A DNA stretch of 62,225 bases from Bacteroides sp. (GTDB lineage: Bacteria > Bacteroidota > Bacteroidia > Bacteroidales > GCA-2748055): positions 1-62,225 of the forward strand of contig DSEO01000260.1 in assembly GCA_011056635.1 (NCBI GenBank). Reading direction: 5' to 3'. The position numbers were made by a program, and so were the translations under genes. The notes beneath the pieces were generated by a model, which saw only the letters and a list, made by a program, of their open reading frames with translations, had not been told where the DNA came from and ran no database searches. Each line of letters begins with the position of its first letter. Positions within the stretch are counted from its first letter, which is position 1. This document shows, in pieces, positions 36,656 through 48,093 of the stretch.

Positions 36656-37381
36656 ATGAAAGAAGCGTTGAGAAATTGTAAAAGAAAAATATTGGCTGGA
36701 CCGTGTATGCTGATGGCTATTTTCTGCCTGGTGATGATCCAGCCTGTCAGCGGACAGGAATACTACAGGATGAATGCCGATTTCACGGTGAAGATCAGGC
36801 GCAGTGACAGCACCATGAATCTGACAAGGGGGACCGTCTTCTACGACAAGCATATCGGGGAGCTGATCTACAGGGTCTCCTTCCCCCGGCCGGAAGTCTG
36901 GGTGATTGCAGACACCTCCATTTTCAAGTACCGGGCCGACACCCTGTACAACAGGGTCTCCATCCCTTCGGTGAAAGAATTCACTGTTTTTCACCTGAGC
37001 CTGAATTCCGGGATGAGTGATTACGGGCTGAAGAAATCCATGTTCAAAGCCTCCCGGGTCGAAAAGAAAAACGACCAGGTGCTCACCTACTGGAAGATCC
37101 CCGAACAGGCCCAATCATCCATCGACCATGTGATTGTGGCGAAAAAGGACAACCGCCTGGAAAGCATCATCATGGTGGGGGAAGATTCCAGGATACTCAG
37201 CCGGCAATTTTACAGGGACTATTTCAAGACCGGGGCATTTGAATTTCCCCGGCAAATCGTCCAGATCATCCCCGATGAGGCGGGGAATGATAACTACCAG
37301 GTCACAGAATTCAGGAATGTGGTGGTCAACGACATGGAGAATGACCACCTGTTTCGCCATGGCGGATCCGCATCCAATTAG
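36656..37381 (+). CDS. Hypothetical secreted protein, possibly LolA-like fold
   Basis: Signal peptide (LMAIFCLVMIQPVSGQ), ~240 aa rich in beta-strands. The LolA-like guess rests only on size and pattern. Start at ATG 36656. Confidence 0.4.
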   Translation: MKEALRNCKRKILAGPCMLMAIFCLVMIQPVSGQEYYRMNADFTVKIRRSDSTMNLTRGTVFYDKHIGELIYRVSFPRPEVWVIADTSIFKYRADTLYNRVSIPSVKEFTVFHLSLNSGMSDYGLKKSMFKASRVEKKNDQVLTYWKIPEQAQSSIDHVIVAKKDNRLESIIMVGEDSRILSRQFYRDYFKTGAFEFPRQIVQIIPDEAGNDNYQVTEFRNVVVNDMENDHLFRHGGSASN

Positions 37382-37384
37382 GTC

Positions 37385-37789
37385 ATGAACGTGACAGGAA
37401 AAATCGTGTTGATCTTTGCGGGCCTGCTTGTCACAGCAGCTGTCTGTCCCGCTCAGTCCATGCTGGATGAGGAGCTAACCGGACTATTTGTGAATGAGGA
37501 CACGGTTGCGCGGGACTTTGCAGCGCCTCTCCGGACAGCGGATAATGATATTTCGGTCATTGCATCAACCGCATTCCTGTTCTACAAAGCATTCATCTCT
37601 TCACAGGACAATCCATCCTGCGTATTTACTCCCTCCTGTTCGGAATATGCCGTGGAGGCTTTCCGGAAACACGGATTTGTGGTGGGATGGGTCAAGACCT
37701 TTGATCGTCTCTCCCGTTGCCACGGATTGGTGAATCCACAACATTACCCGTTTGATTTTGAGAAGAAAAGATACCATGATCCCCTTTAG
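37385..37789 (+). CDS. YidD-like (DUF37) membrane-protein insertion efficiency factor homolog, extended form
   Basis: Core FYKAFISSQDNPSCVFTPSCSEYAVEAFRKHGFVVGWVKTFDRLSRCH matches the conserved YidD Cys pattern. It also has an N-terminal signal/TM segment of ~25 aa and a ~40-aa spacer that canonical YidD lacks. Confidence 0.65.
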   Translation: MNVTGKIVLIFAGLLVTAAVCPAQSMLDEELTGLFVNEDTVARDFAAPLRTADNDISVIASTAFLFYKAFISSQDNPSCVFTPSCSEYAVEAFRKHGFVVGWVKTFDRLSRCHGLVNPQHYPFDFEKKRYHDPL

Positions 37790-38618
37790 CAGGAACAGAT
37801 TTACAGCTTTGCTGATATGCACGCTGGCCACGGGAACGATCCTTGCCCAGGAGGATCTCATGGACTATGCGCATACACTGAAATTTGCCAGGTACCTGTC
37901 CAATACACAGCAGTATGATTTTGCGGCACAGGAATACGAAAGGCTCAATTTTCTCTGGCCGGGGGATACGACCGTGATCCTGGAACTGGTCAAAACCTAT
38001 CGCCTGAACAGTGACTGTGACCGGTTCCCGGATGCATTCCGGCTCATGTCGGCCGAAGACCGTATGTTCACGGGCGGACCGTTGGCCCGGGAATACCTGC
38101 GGTTCTGCCTCACCTGCAGGATCGATCATCCGTTATATTTTGATGTGACCTCCCTGATGGACCGGGATGAGCGTGCCTTCTACAACCTGGGATATTACTG
38201 GACCCAACGGCAGTATGATTCGCTCTTTGCATACAACCACCGGAACAGTGAAATCATTTCCGGCTCTTATCCCGGACTGTACTCCCTTACAGGTGACTTT
38301 GAGAACCAGAAATACAAAATACCTGCGGTGGCCCTGGCCATGTCCGCCGTGCTGCCGGGAAGCGGAAAAGCTTATTCGGGGAGATGGGGGGACGCCGCCG
38401 TCTCTTTCCTGTTCGTTACCTCCGGGGCCTATGCTTCTTACAGGGCTTTTAAGAAAAAAGGGATCGGCAGTTTCAACGGATGGCTCTTCGGAGGGGTCGC
38501 CTTCAGCTTTTATGCCAGCAACCTCTACGGTTCCTTCAAGGCGGCCAGAAACCATAACGATCAGGTCAGGAATAAGTACCACCAGAATGCGGAACGTATT
38601 ATCCATCATTCTTTTTAG
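37776..38618 (+). CDS. TPR-like N-terminal domain plus C-terminal membrane hairpin protein (DUF5683-like)
   Basis: Signal peptide (ALLICTLATGTILAQ), helical repeats, and a C-terminal motif SAVLPGSGKAYSGRWGDAAVSFLF followed by a second TM helix. Overlaps yidD-like by 14 nt. Confidence 0.55.
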   Translation: MIPFSRNRFTALLICTLATGTILAQEDLMDYAHTLKFARYLSNTQQYDFAAQEYERLNFLWPGDTTVILELVKTYRLNSDCDRFPDAFRLMSAEDRMFTGGPLAREYLRFCLTCRIDHPLYFDVTSLMDRDERAFYNLGYYWTQRQYDSLFAYNHRNSEIISGSYPGLYSLTGDFENQKYKIPAVALAMSAVLPGSGKAYSGRWGDAAVSFLFVTSGAYASYRAFKKKGIGSFNGWLFGGVAFSFYASNLYGSFKAARNHNDQVRNKYHQNAERIIHHSF

Positions 38619-39432
38619 CTGTATCATTTCTTCGGGTCTCCTGTCCCAGCAGATTCACCAGCTCAGGGGACATGCGGATGAACAATTCGCCACGGGCAAT
38701 TTTACCGCCGCACTGAAGGAGTACCAGCGTATCCTGTTCTTTGGTGAAGACCATGGGTATGATGAGGTATACGGCCGCATCGCGGATATCTATTTCCAAC
38801 TGGAAGATTATGAGAATGCCATTGTTTACTATGACTTTGCCGGGAAAGCCGTTTCCTCTGACAGCCTGAAGCTCGAGTATGCATTCAGTAAAATCCTGTG
38901 TTATTTCAAACAGGACAGGTTTATGCTGGGTCTTTCGGATATCTACGATCTGCCCGGGACAGCATCGCCCTATTTTGAAGCGAAAAAGAACCTTTACGCT
39001 GCCATCTGTCATTTCGGACTGGGTGAAACCGATCAATCCCTGCAATATTTTGCCGGCGTGGTGGATTCTTCCGGAATGGCGCAGATCGAGACGCTGGTCG
39101 CAGATCTCAGGAAACACGAAAAAAAGTTTGATCCGGACAAACTGGAAATGATGAGCATTTTCCTTCCCGGCCTGGGACAACTGGTTGGGGGAGATATCAA
39201 AAACGGACTGAACTCCATCCTGCTGCTCGGCGGCATTGCTGCTTATTCCCTTCACACCGCGGTCACCTACAGCATCCTGGATGGAACGCTGTTCCTGCTG
39301 ACCTGGTTCTACCGTTATTATACCGGGGGACATAAAAAGGCTTATGAGCTTGGAACGGATAAGATCCGGGAACAGCAGCGCATCACCTATCACCAGATCC
39401 TGGATGTGGTCAGGCATCATGCGCTTTACTGA
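38587..39432 (+). CDS. TPR protein with C-terminal membrane hairpin (architectural paralog of the upstream gene)
   Basis: Signal peptide MRNVLSIILFSCIISSGLLSQQ, TPR repeats (FATGNFTAALKEYQRIL, QLEDYENAIVYYDFA), and C-terminal SIFLPGLGQLVGGDIKNGLNSILLLG. Start at ATG 38587; the track ORF from 38167 is an out-of-frame overlap extension. Confidence 0.6.
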   Translation: MRNVLSIILFSCIISSGLLSQQIHQLRGHADEQFATGNFTAALKEYQRILFFGEDHGYDEVYGRIADIYFQLEDYENAIVYYDFAGKAVSSDSLKLEYAFSKILCYFKQDRFMLGLSDIYDLPGTASPYFEAKKNLYAAICHFGLGETDQSLQYFAGVVDSSGMAQIETLVADLRKHEKKFDPDKLEMMSIFLPGLGQLVGGDIKNGLNSILLLGGIAAYSLHTAVTYSILDGTLFLLTWFYRYYTGGHKKAYELGTDKIREQQRITYHQILDVVRHHALY

Positions 39433-39434
39433 AA

Positions 39435-40867
<1,433 letters not shown>

Positions 40868-40871
<4 letters not shown>

Positions 40872-41494
40872 AAAAATTCCTTCGGCTCTTCAATCCCAAC
40901 ACCGTTCGTTACTGGGATCGTAAATACCTGGGTAAGATCGATCATCCCACCATCAAGACGGACGGACACCACCTCCATAAATTCCTGCCAATCTTCAGGA
41001 AATCAGCCACACTGCTCGATTTTGGTGCTGGACTCGGGGGCAATGTGCAATATCTTTCCGGGATGCTCGAAAAAAGACATTTCCACCTGGTGGACCACAG
41101 TGACGTGTCGCTTCAGTTCGTAAGGGATAAATTGCTGGGAGCAGAAGATGAACGGGGCAACAGGTTCAGTTACCACAGGGATCTTTCCACCGTTCCTGAT
41201 GGTTCGGTGGACCTGGTCATTTCCATCGAGGTACTGGAACATATCTCCTCCTACCGTGAGATCCTCGAGGCACTCTGGGGAAAACTGAAAACGGGAGGTG
41301 TCCTGCTTTTATCGGTGCCCGTGAAAGGTTGGCGGGATCGGAACCGGGAGCATGTGAACAAATTTACGGTGGGCAGCATGTTTGGTATCCTTTCCCGCTA
41401 CGGTGAGATTGTGCATGTCGCTCCCCGCACCTATTCAAAAAGATCGGGAAGAATCTCCACCGCCTATTTTTATGTGGAAAAAGCGACCCAATAA
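40868..41494 (+). CDS. Class I SAM-dependent methyltransferase
   Basis: Motif I LLDFGAGLGGN and a post-I acidic residue (HLVDHS). ATGA overlap with the decarboxylase stop. Confidence 0.75.
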
Positions 41495-41504
41495 AACAGG
41501 ATAG

Positions 41505-42086
41505 GTGAAAGATCCCGGATCCCATATCGTTGTTGTTTCCGGCGGGGTGCATGGAGGCAAAACCTCTTTCACTGAGGAGGTTGTGAATACCCTGAAAAAA
41601 AGAGGGCTTCGGATAGCCGGCTTTCTGAGCAGGGGCACTTTCAAAGGCGGGATCAGGGATTCCTATTCCTTAATCAACCTGGCCGCTGGAGGTGAAATTC
41701 CGCTGGCCACTGCGGATCTCCGGGAAGGCTGGTTCAGGTACAGGCGATTTTACTTCAATCCCGCTGCACTGGCACTGGGAAAGGAAACGGTGCTTTCCAG
41801 TCTGGAAGATCCCCCCGATCTGATCGTGATTGACGAGGTGGGGCCGATGGAGCTGGAAGGCATGGGCTGGCACAGCCTGCTGCAGGAGCTGGCAGTCCTT
41901 GAAACACTCCCCCAGATATGGGTGGCCAGGGAACGTGTGCTGGAAGGAGTCATGGAACGATGGAAAATTCCCCCCGGTCATGTGGTCCGCATCGATCCCC
42001 GGATGGGGACCCAGGCAAGGGAGAAACTGTCCGCAAATCTGTGCGAAAATATTGCTAACTTGGTTCGCCGCAACAAAGGCCGCTGA
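41505..42086 (+). CDS. P-loop NTPase (THEP1/DUF2478-like)
   Basis: Walker A VVVSGGVHGGKTS and Walker B DLIVIDEVGPME. GTG start at 41505. Confidence 0.65.
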   Translation: MKDPGSHIVVVSGGVHGGKTSFTEEVVNTLKKRGLRIAGFLSRGTFKGGIRDSYSLINLAAGGEIPLATADLREGWFRYRRFYFNPAALALGKETVLSSLEDPPDLIVIDEVGPMELEGMGWHSLLQELAVLETLPQIWVARERVLEGVMERWKIPPGHVVRIDPRMGTQAREKLSANLCENIANLVRRNKGR

Positions 42087-42089
42087 AAC

Positions 42090-43127
42090 ATGCCCGCAAC
42101 AAACAGGAAAATACAGGAAAAATTGCCTGAAACAATGCGTGCCGTCAGGCAACACGGGCAAGGAGGGGCACTGACCATCGAAACGGTCCCCCTGCCTGAA
42201 CCCGGACCCGGAGAAGTATTGATCCGGATACAGGCCACCCCGATCAACCCCTCTGACCTGGCCATGATCAGGGGCAATACCCTGGTATCCCGCTATCCTT
42301 ATACCCCCGGACTTGAAGGAAGCGGGATCGTGGTAAAAGCGGGCAGCGGATTGTTTCCCGCGCTCAGGAAAGGAAAAAGGGTGGCATGCACCCCGGTTCC
42401 CGGAAAAGACGGGGCCTGGGCGGAATATATGGTCACCTCCGCCATGCGTTGTTCCCCCCTGCCCGCGCACATTGCCCCCGAGGAGGGTTCCATGATGCTT
42501 GTCAATCCCATGACAGCCCTTGCATTCATCGATATGGCCAGGAAGGGAAAACACCTGGCCATCGTGAACAATGTCGCTGCCAGTGCACTGGGAAAGATGT
42601 TGATCAGGCTGTCTGTAAAATATGACGTACCTCTCATCAATATTGTAAGGAAAGAATCTCAGGTGGAAGCACTGGAGCAACTGGGTGCCGCGTATGTGCT
42701 GAACAGCAATGAAGATGGTTTCCGGGAGAAACTGCGCCAGCTTGCCCGTGACCTCGGGGCCACACTCGTCCTGGATGCCGTGGCCGGCCGGCAGACCTCC
42801 GGACTGCTGGAAGTTGTCCCCCGCGGTTCCAGGCTGATTGTCTATGCCAGGTTATCCGGAGAAGATATCTCCCTCGATCCTGCATTGCTGATCCGTGATG
42901 ATAAGCAGTTGTCAGGATTTTACCTGGGTAACTGGCTCCAGTCCAAAAACCTCCTTTTTAAGATGCGGTTAGTGCACCGGGTAGGTCGCCTGTTGCCGGA
43001 TATACTCGCCTCACCCGTCAGCCGGAAGATGCCTTTGGAAAGCGTGGAAGAGGCCCTTCATCTGTATACGGAAAGCATGTCAGCCGGAAAGATCCTGCTG
43101 ATCCCGGCACAATCTCACAGACCATGA
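42090..43127 (+). CDS. MDR-superfamily (quinone oxidoreductase / zinc-type alcohol dehydrogenase-like) reductase
   Basis: N-terminal GroES-like domain (GEVLIRIQATPINPSDL) and a nucleotide-binding region (NVAASALGKML). Confidence 0.75.
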   Translation: MPATNRKIQEKLPETMRAVRQHGQGGALTIETVPLPEPGPGEVLIRIQATPINPSDLAMIRGNTLVSRYPYTPGLEGSGIVVKAGSGLFPALRKGKRVACTPVPGKDGAWAEYMVTSAMRCSPLPAHIAPEEGSMMLVNPMTALAFIDMARKGKHLAIVNNVAASALGKMLIRLSVKYDVPLINIVRKESQVEALEQLGAAYVLNSNEDGFREKLRQLARDLGATLVLDAVAGRQTSGLLEVVPRGSRLIVYARLSGEDISLDPALLIRDDKQLSGFYLGNWLQSKNLLFKMRLVHRVGRLLPDILASPVSRKMPLESVEEALHLYTESMSAGKILLIPAQSHRP

Positions 43128-44866
43128 AACGATTGAATCACAACAGCTTTCGGGGACTGCTCATGGCATTCGGCACGATCGCCCTGTTACCTGTCTCCTG
43201 TCACCGGAACGGGGAACACCATCTTCTCAGCTACGCCTATCCGGAAAAGACAACGGAATCCGCGGCATTGCTTCAGGAGATGGGGACTCCATTCCTGTGG
43301 GAGAATGCCACCATCTATTTTTTACTGACCGACCGTTTCCGGAACGGGGATCCTTCCAACGATGTGAATTTTGGCCGGACCGGGGAGACGGGGATCATGC
43401 GGGGTTTTGAGGGAGGTGATTTCAGCGGGGTGACGGAGAAGCTGGAGGCGGGGTACTTCGACAGCCTGGGGATCACTGCGCTCTGGCTCACCCCCTATTT
43501 TGAACAGGTCCATGGCTTTACAGATGAGGGTACCGGGGACACTTACGGCTATCACGGTTACTGGACGAAGGACTGGACAAGGGTCGATCCCAATTACGGA
43601 ACGGAGGCAGAGCTGGCGGAACTGGTAAGAGAAGCCCACGAACGCGGTATACGCATCCTGATGGATGTGGTGATCAATCATACCGGTCCGGTAACTGACC
43701 TTGATCCGGTCTGGCCCGATGCTTGGGTCCGCACGGGTCCCCCCTGCACCTTTCAGAGTTATGAAACCACTGTATCATGCACCCTGGTGGAAAACCTTCC
43801 TGATATCCGGACCGAATCGGATGAACCGGTGGAACTTCCGGAGGATCTGCTCCTCAAATGGGAGCGGGAAGGGAGACTCGCACAGGAACTTGCCGGGCTG
43901 GATGCTTTCTTTGCAAGGACCGGATTTCCCAGGGCCCCGAAGTATTACGTCATCAAATGGCTGACTGACCTGGTGCGCAGGTACGGAATAGACGGCTACA
44001 GGCTTGATACGGCCAAGCACATCGAGGAATCGGTGTGGAGCGACCTGGGCAGGGAAGCACGGATCGCTTTTATGGACTGGAAAAAAAACCATCCGCAGGA
44101 AGTGCTGGATGACAATGAATTTTACATGGTGGCCGAGGTATACGGGTACGGGATCTCGTCGGGAAGGTATTTCAGTTTCGGGGACAGGGAGGTGGATTAT
44201 TTCTCCCATTGCATCGATGCCATGATCAATTTTGAATTCAAGAACAGTGCGCACCAGTCTTTTGAAACGCTCTTTTCCTCCTATTCAAATTGGCTGGAAG
44301 GTGCGCTGGACGGTAAAGGTGTACTCAATTACATCTCTTCCCACGATGACAGTCATCCGTTCGACAGGGAGCGGACCAGGCCGCTGGAGGCCGGAACAAA
44401 ACTGTTGCTGTGTCCCGGATCCGCGCAGATCTATTACGGGGATGAAACCTCCCGGGAGCTGGTGATCCCCGGTGCAGTGGGAGATGCCGGTCTGCGTGGC
44501 AGGATGAACTGGGAAGAGATCGGGTCCGGTGCCTCCAGGAACGGTATCCCGGTTTGCGAGGTGCTGACCCATTATCGCAGACTCGGACAATTCAGGAAAG
44601 ACCATCCCGCCGTGGGCGCCGGCGTTCACAGGAAACTCTCCGGCAAACCCTACCTGTTTTCGAGAAGCTACTCCGGGCAAGGGTACGAAGACCGGGTGGT
44701 GGTGGGACTTGACCTGGATCCGGGTAGGAAAAGGCTGAAGCTGAAGGGAGTATTCAGTAACGGCACCCTGCTTACGGATTATTATTCAGGCACACGCGCC
44801 ACGGTCAGGAGGGGAAAAGTAACCCTGCACACTCCGGGCAAGATCGTCCTTCTGGGCATGGAGTAA
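43124..44866 (+). CDS. GH13 alpha-amylase, secreted
   Basis: Conserved regions DVVINHTG, GYRLDTAKHI, EVYG and SHDD; signal peptide. ATGA overlap with the upstream gene. Confidence 0.85.
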   Translation: MKRLNHNSFRGLLMAFGTIALLPVSCHRNGEHHLLSYAYPEKTTESAALLQEMGTPFLWENATIYFLLTDRFRNGDPSNDVNFGRTGETGIMRGFEGGDFSGVTEKLEAGYFDSLGITALWLTPYFEQVHGFTDEGTGDTYGYHGYWTKDWTRVDPNYGTEAELAELVREAHERGIRILMDVVINHTGPVTDLDPVWPDAWVRTGPPCTFQSYETTVSCTLVENLPDIRTESDEPVELPEDLLLKWEREGRLAQELAGLDAFFARTGFPRAPKYYVIKWLTDLVRRYGIDGYRLDTAKHIEESVWSDLGREARIAFMDWKKNHPQEVLDDNEFYMVAEVYGYGISSGRYFSFGDREVDYFSHCIDAMINFEFKNSAHQSFETLFSSYSNWLEGALDGKGVLNYISSHDDSHPFDRERTRPLEAGTKLLLCPGSAQIYYGDETSRELVIPGAVGDAGLRGRMNWEEIGSGASRNGIPVCEVLTHYRRLGQFRKDHPAVGAGVHRKLSGKPYLFSRSYSGQGYEDRVVVGLDLDPGRKRLKLKGVFSNGTLLTDYYSGTRATVRRGKVTLHTPGKIVLLGME

Positions 44867-44868
44867 AT

Positions 44869-45819
44869 ATGAAGATCATTGATTCCCATATGCATGTGGG
44901 CCTTGCAGGTTTCGACCCGCAGGTGATCCTGCGTCAGATGGACCGGGAGGGCGTTGAAATGAGCTGGCTGCTGACCTGGGAAGAGATTGATCCGCCATTG
45001 AAAGAGCTGTATACCGGGCTTCCTCCCGGACCTGTTCTGGAGGCCTGTTCACAATACCCGGACCGCTTCATTCCTTTCTATGCACCGGACCCCAGCAACC
45101 GGGATCCCGGAAAAATAATCCAAAAGTACAGTGAGATGGGGATCAGGGGCTGCGGCGAACTCAAGGTTTCCCTCCGGTGGGAGGATCCGCTCATTGAGAA
45201 GTACCTGGAGGTCGTACAGGCACACAATTTCCCCCTGGTTTTTCACATGGAGCAGCCCCGGTTCCAGTACATCCGGCCCGGTGAGGGATTCTTCCAGTGG
45301 CTCCTGGAAAGACTGCTGAATGATAAATTCAACGGTGTCAGCAGGTATTATCTGAACCGGCTGGCGGAAACCACGGGGATCCTGCGAAAAAAAATCGAGA
45401 AGAACCGGATTTGTTTTCCCGGGATTCTGTTCGACTTTGCTTTCCTGGAAAAAAGGGTTGTTCAGTTTCCCGGTATCAGGTTCATCGCACACGGACCGGA
45501 TTTCTGGAACCAGATCAGCATTTCCCTGCATCCCAGATACATCCACCAGAAAGGAACTTACGACACCTTCGGGATCATAGACCGGTTGCTGGAATCCTAC
45601 CCCAATTTCTACTGTGATATCTCGGGGGTCAGCGGCTTCAATGCACTGCACAGGGACCGCCGGATGGCCCGGATTTTTCTCGGGAAACACGCGGAGAAAA
45701 TACTGTTCGGCACAGATAATACGGGCCTTCCCCTGCTGGAACTGCTCAGGTCCATGAAACCGGGGAAAGAAAAAATGGATTTGATCTTGCGGGAAAATGC
45801 GCTGAGGGTGCTGGAGTAG
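44869..45819 (+). CDS. Amidohydrolase-superfamily (TIM-barrel metal hydrolase) protein
   Basis: N-terminal MKIIDSHMHVG metal-binding HxH motif, later His (IAHGPD) and Asp (FGTDN). Confidence 0.7.
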   Translation: MKIIDSHMHVGLAGFDPQVILRQMDREGVEMSWLLTWEEIDPPLKELYTGLPPGPVLEACSQYPDRFIPFYAPDPSNRDPGKIIQKYSEMGIRGCGELKVSLRWEDPLIEKYLEVVQAHNFPLVFHMEQPRFQYIRPGEGFFQWLLERLLNDKFNGVSRYYLNRLAETTGILRKKIEKNRICFPGILFDFAFLEKRVVQFPGIRFIAHGPDFWNQISISLHPRYIHQKGTYDTFGIIDRLLESYPNFYCDISGVSGFNALHRDRRMARIFLGKHAEKILFGTDNTGLPLLELLRSMKPGKEKMDLILRENALRVLE

Positions 45820-45830
45820 ATCATTTTTGT

Positions 45831-45838
45831 TAGATTTG
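45831..45838 (+). promoter_or_regulatory. Candidate -7 box (TAGATTTG) for the DPP-IV gene
   Basis: Matches TAnnTTTG and lies 33 nt upstream of ATG 45871. Confidence 0.35.
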
Positions 45839-45870
45839 GTGCCTGCAATCTGAATACATAACCAGACACA

Positions 45871-48081
45871 ATGAGGAAATATACCGTGATCATGGGCCTG
45901 CTGACCCTGTTTGTATGCAGTGTGGCCGGCCAGAAAAAACCATACGATTCACTGGAGGAGGCGTTATTCGCCACCACCCGCTTGCGGGGTGAGGCGGGTC
46001 CATCCGGTGTGAACTGGATCGGAGACGGGAACCGCTATTCATATTCCAAAAGCGACCGGGGGGATCAGCAGATCTGGATCTTCAATCCTTCAGATCAGAC
46101 CGGGGAGCTCGTATTCAGCGAAAGCGGACATACCTTTCCCGGATCGGAGATACCCTTCAGCTACACCGATTACCAGTGGGCGAATAATGATGCATGCCTG
46201 CTCTTCCAGACCAACTTCCAGCCCATCTGGAGGTATTCCGGCAATGCGGATTATTACTACTATTCCCTGGAGGATACAACCATGAAACCGATGGTGGAAG
46301 GCGCATTTACGGCAGAAGTATCGCCCGACGGAAAGAAGCTGGTTTATGGCAAACAGGGAGATCTTTTCCTGTTTGACCTCGCTGCAGGAACACACAGCAG
46401 GCTCACCCATGATGCGGAGGAGCACTTTTATAACGGCAGGTTCGGATGGGCTTACGAGGAGGAATTCGGACTGGTCCAGGCCTGGGAATGGTCGCCCGAC
46501 AGCCGCTATATCGCATTCTGGCAGTCGGATGAACGCAAGGTTCCACGCTACCGGCTGACCGACTTCGCCGGGCAGCATCCCGAATATTTTGAGATCCCCT
46601 ATCCCAAGGTGGGCGACCCCCCGCCCCTGGTCAGGATCGGGGTAATCGATACTGAAACCCGTTCCACACGCTGGCTGGACATCGACCTGGAAGGGGGGTA
46701 CATCCCCAGGATCTACTGGACCTCGGAACCACAGACCCTGGCCGTGGTCTGGATGAACCGGTCCCAGGACCATATGAAGCTGTTCCTTTGTCACACCCAA
46801 ACAGGTGAGAAAGCGCTTGTCCTGGAAGAAAAATCCGATACCTGGATCGATATTTTTGATTTTTTTGCCGGCGAACTTCACCTGCTTTATTTCCCGGAAG
46901 AGATGAATTCCTTCTTCTGGATCTCGGACAGGGACGGTTTCTCGCATATTTACCGGTATGATTACGAAGGCAGGCTGATCGGTCAGGTCACCGCAGGAAA
47001 TTACGATGTGGTTGCCATCAGGGCCATTGATCCCAGGGAAAAAAGGCTTTATTACCTTTCCACCGAAGTCTCTCCCCTGGAAAGGAACCTGTACAGTGTG
47101 AAATTCAACGGCAGGGGCAAAAAGCGGCTCACAGAAGCACCCGGTAACCACCGCGTGGATGTAGGCCCTGCGGGTCGGTATTTCATCGACGGGTATTCGG
47201 ATGTCCATACTCCCCCCCGGACCGATCTGAGGGACGGGAATGGCAGCCTGGTCAGCATGCTCGCGGGACATGAGAATGCCCTAGCACACATGGAGGCGTA
47301 TACTTACGCGGGCAGAGAGTTATTCAACTTCACAACGGAGGACGGTCAGCAGATCGACGGATACCTGATCAGACCGGTGGATTTTGATCCGCAGCGCTCC
47401 TATCCACTGCTCCTCAGTGTGTATGGCGGACCGGGATCCCAGGGGGTATACAACAGCTTCGAATCCAACGGGTGGAACCAGTACCTGGCCCAGCGGGGTT
47501 TTGTGATCGCCAACATCAACAACCGCGGCAACGGAGGTTATGGGCGGGACTTTGAAAAGATCGTCCACAGGCAACTGGGCAGGTGGGAAACATACGATTT
47601 TGCCCAGGCAGCCAAATACCTGTCGGAAATGGAATGGATCGACGGCGAAAGGATCGGCATCATGGGGCACAGCTACGGCGGCTTCTCTGCGGGAGCTGCG
47701 CTTCTCACTTACCCTGAGATCTTTAAGGCGGGCATTCTGACCGCACCACCTGCTGACCATCTGAATTATGATTGTATCTATACGGAAAGGTACATGGATC
47801 TGCTGGAGGACAACCCGGACGGATACCGGCAGAGCTCCCTGATCACCCATGCCGGGAACCTGGAAGGACACCTGATGCTGGTCCATTCACTGATGGATGA
47901 CAATGTACATCCCCAGCACACGTTCCAGCTGGTCAGGGCACTGATCGACCGGGGAAAGCGTTTTGACCTGAAGATCTATCCCCCGGGCAGCCACGGGGTC
48001 GCTTACGACAGGAACAGCAGGTTGCTGCTTTATACAGAATACCTTGATTTCCTGGAAGAACACCTGCAACCGGATCAATAA
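45871..48081 (+). CDS. Dipeptidyl peptidase IV (S9B prolyl oligopeptidase family)
   Basis: N-terminal beta-propeller; catalytic Ser motif IMGHSYGGF; Asp and His in the C-terminal part (DDNVHPQHT, GSHG); signal peptide. Confidence 0.88.
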   Translation: MRKYTVIMGLLTLFVCSVAGQKKPYDSLEEALFATTRLRGEAGPSGVNWIGDGNRYSYSKSDRGDQQIWIFNPSDQTGELVFSESGHTFPGSEIPFSYTDYQWANNDACLLFQTNFQPIWRYSGNADYYYYSLEDTTMKPMVEGAFTAEVSPDGKKLVYGKQGDLFLFDLAAGTHSRLTHDAEEHFYNGRFGWAYEEEFGLVQAWEWSPDSRYIAFWQSDERKVPRYRLTDFAGQHPEYFEIPYPKVGDPPPLVRIGVIDTETRSTRWLDIDLEGGYIPRIYWTSEPQTLAVVWMNRSQDHMKLFLCHTQTGEKALVLEEKSDTWIDIFDFFAGELHLLYFPEEMNSFFWISDRDGFSHIYRYDYEGRLIGQVTAGNYDVVAIRAIDPREKRLYYLSTEVSPLERNLYSVKFNGRGKKRLTEAPGNHRVDVGPAGRYFIDGYSDVHTPPRTDLRDGNGSLVSMLAGHENALAHMEAYTYAGRELFNFTTEDGQQIDGYLIRPVDFDPQRSYPLLLSVYGGPGSQGVYNSFESNGWNQYLAQRGFVIANINNRGNGGYGRDFEKIVHRQLGRWETYDFAQAAKYLSEMEWIDGERIGIMGHSYGGFSAGAALLTYPEIFKAGILTAPPADHLNYDCIYTERYMDLLEDNPDGYRQSSLITHAGNLEGHLMLVHSLMDDNVHPQHTFQLVRALIDRGKRFDLKIYPPGSHGVAYDRNSRLLLYTEYLDFLEEHLQPDQ

Positions 48082-48093
48082 CCGATCAGCTAT

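Noticed and set aside
38167-38586. N-terminal 140-aa extension of the track ORF 38167-39432
   Set aside because: It overlaps the preceding gene in another frame and has shadow-ORF composition. A clean signal peptide begins at the internal ATG at 38587. Similar 5' trimming was applied to the ORFs at 2723, 7636, 10420, 13593, 19092, 19925, 23508, 24311, 28036, 30078, 36506, 49936, 57691 and 60104.
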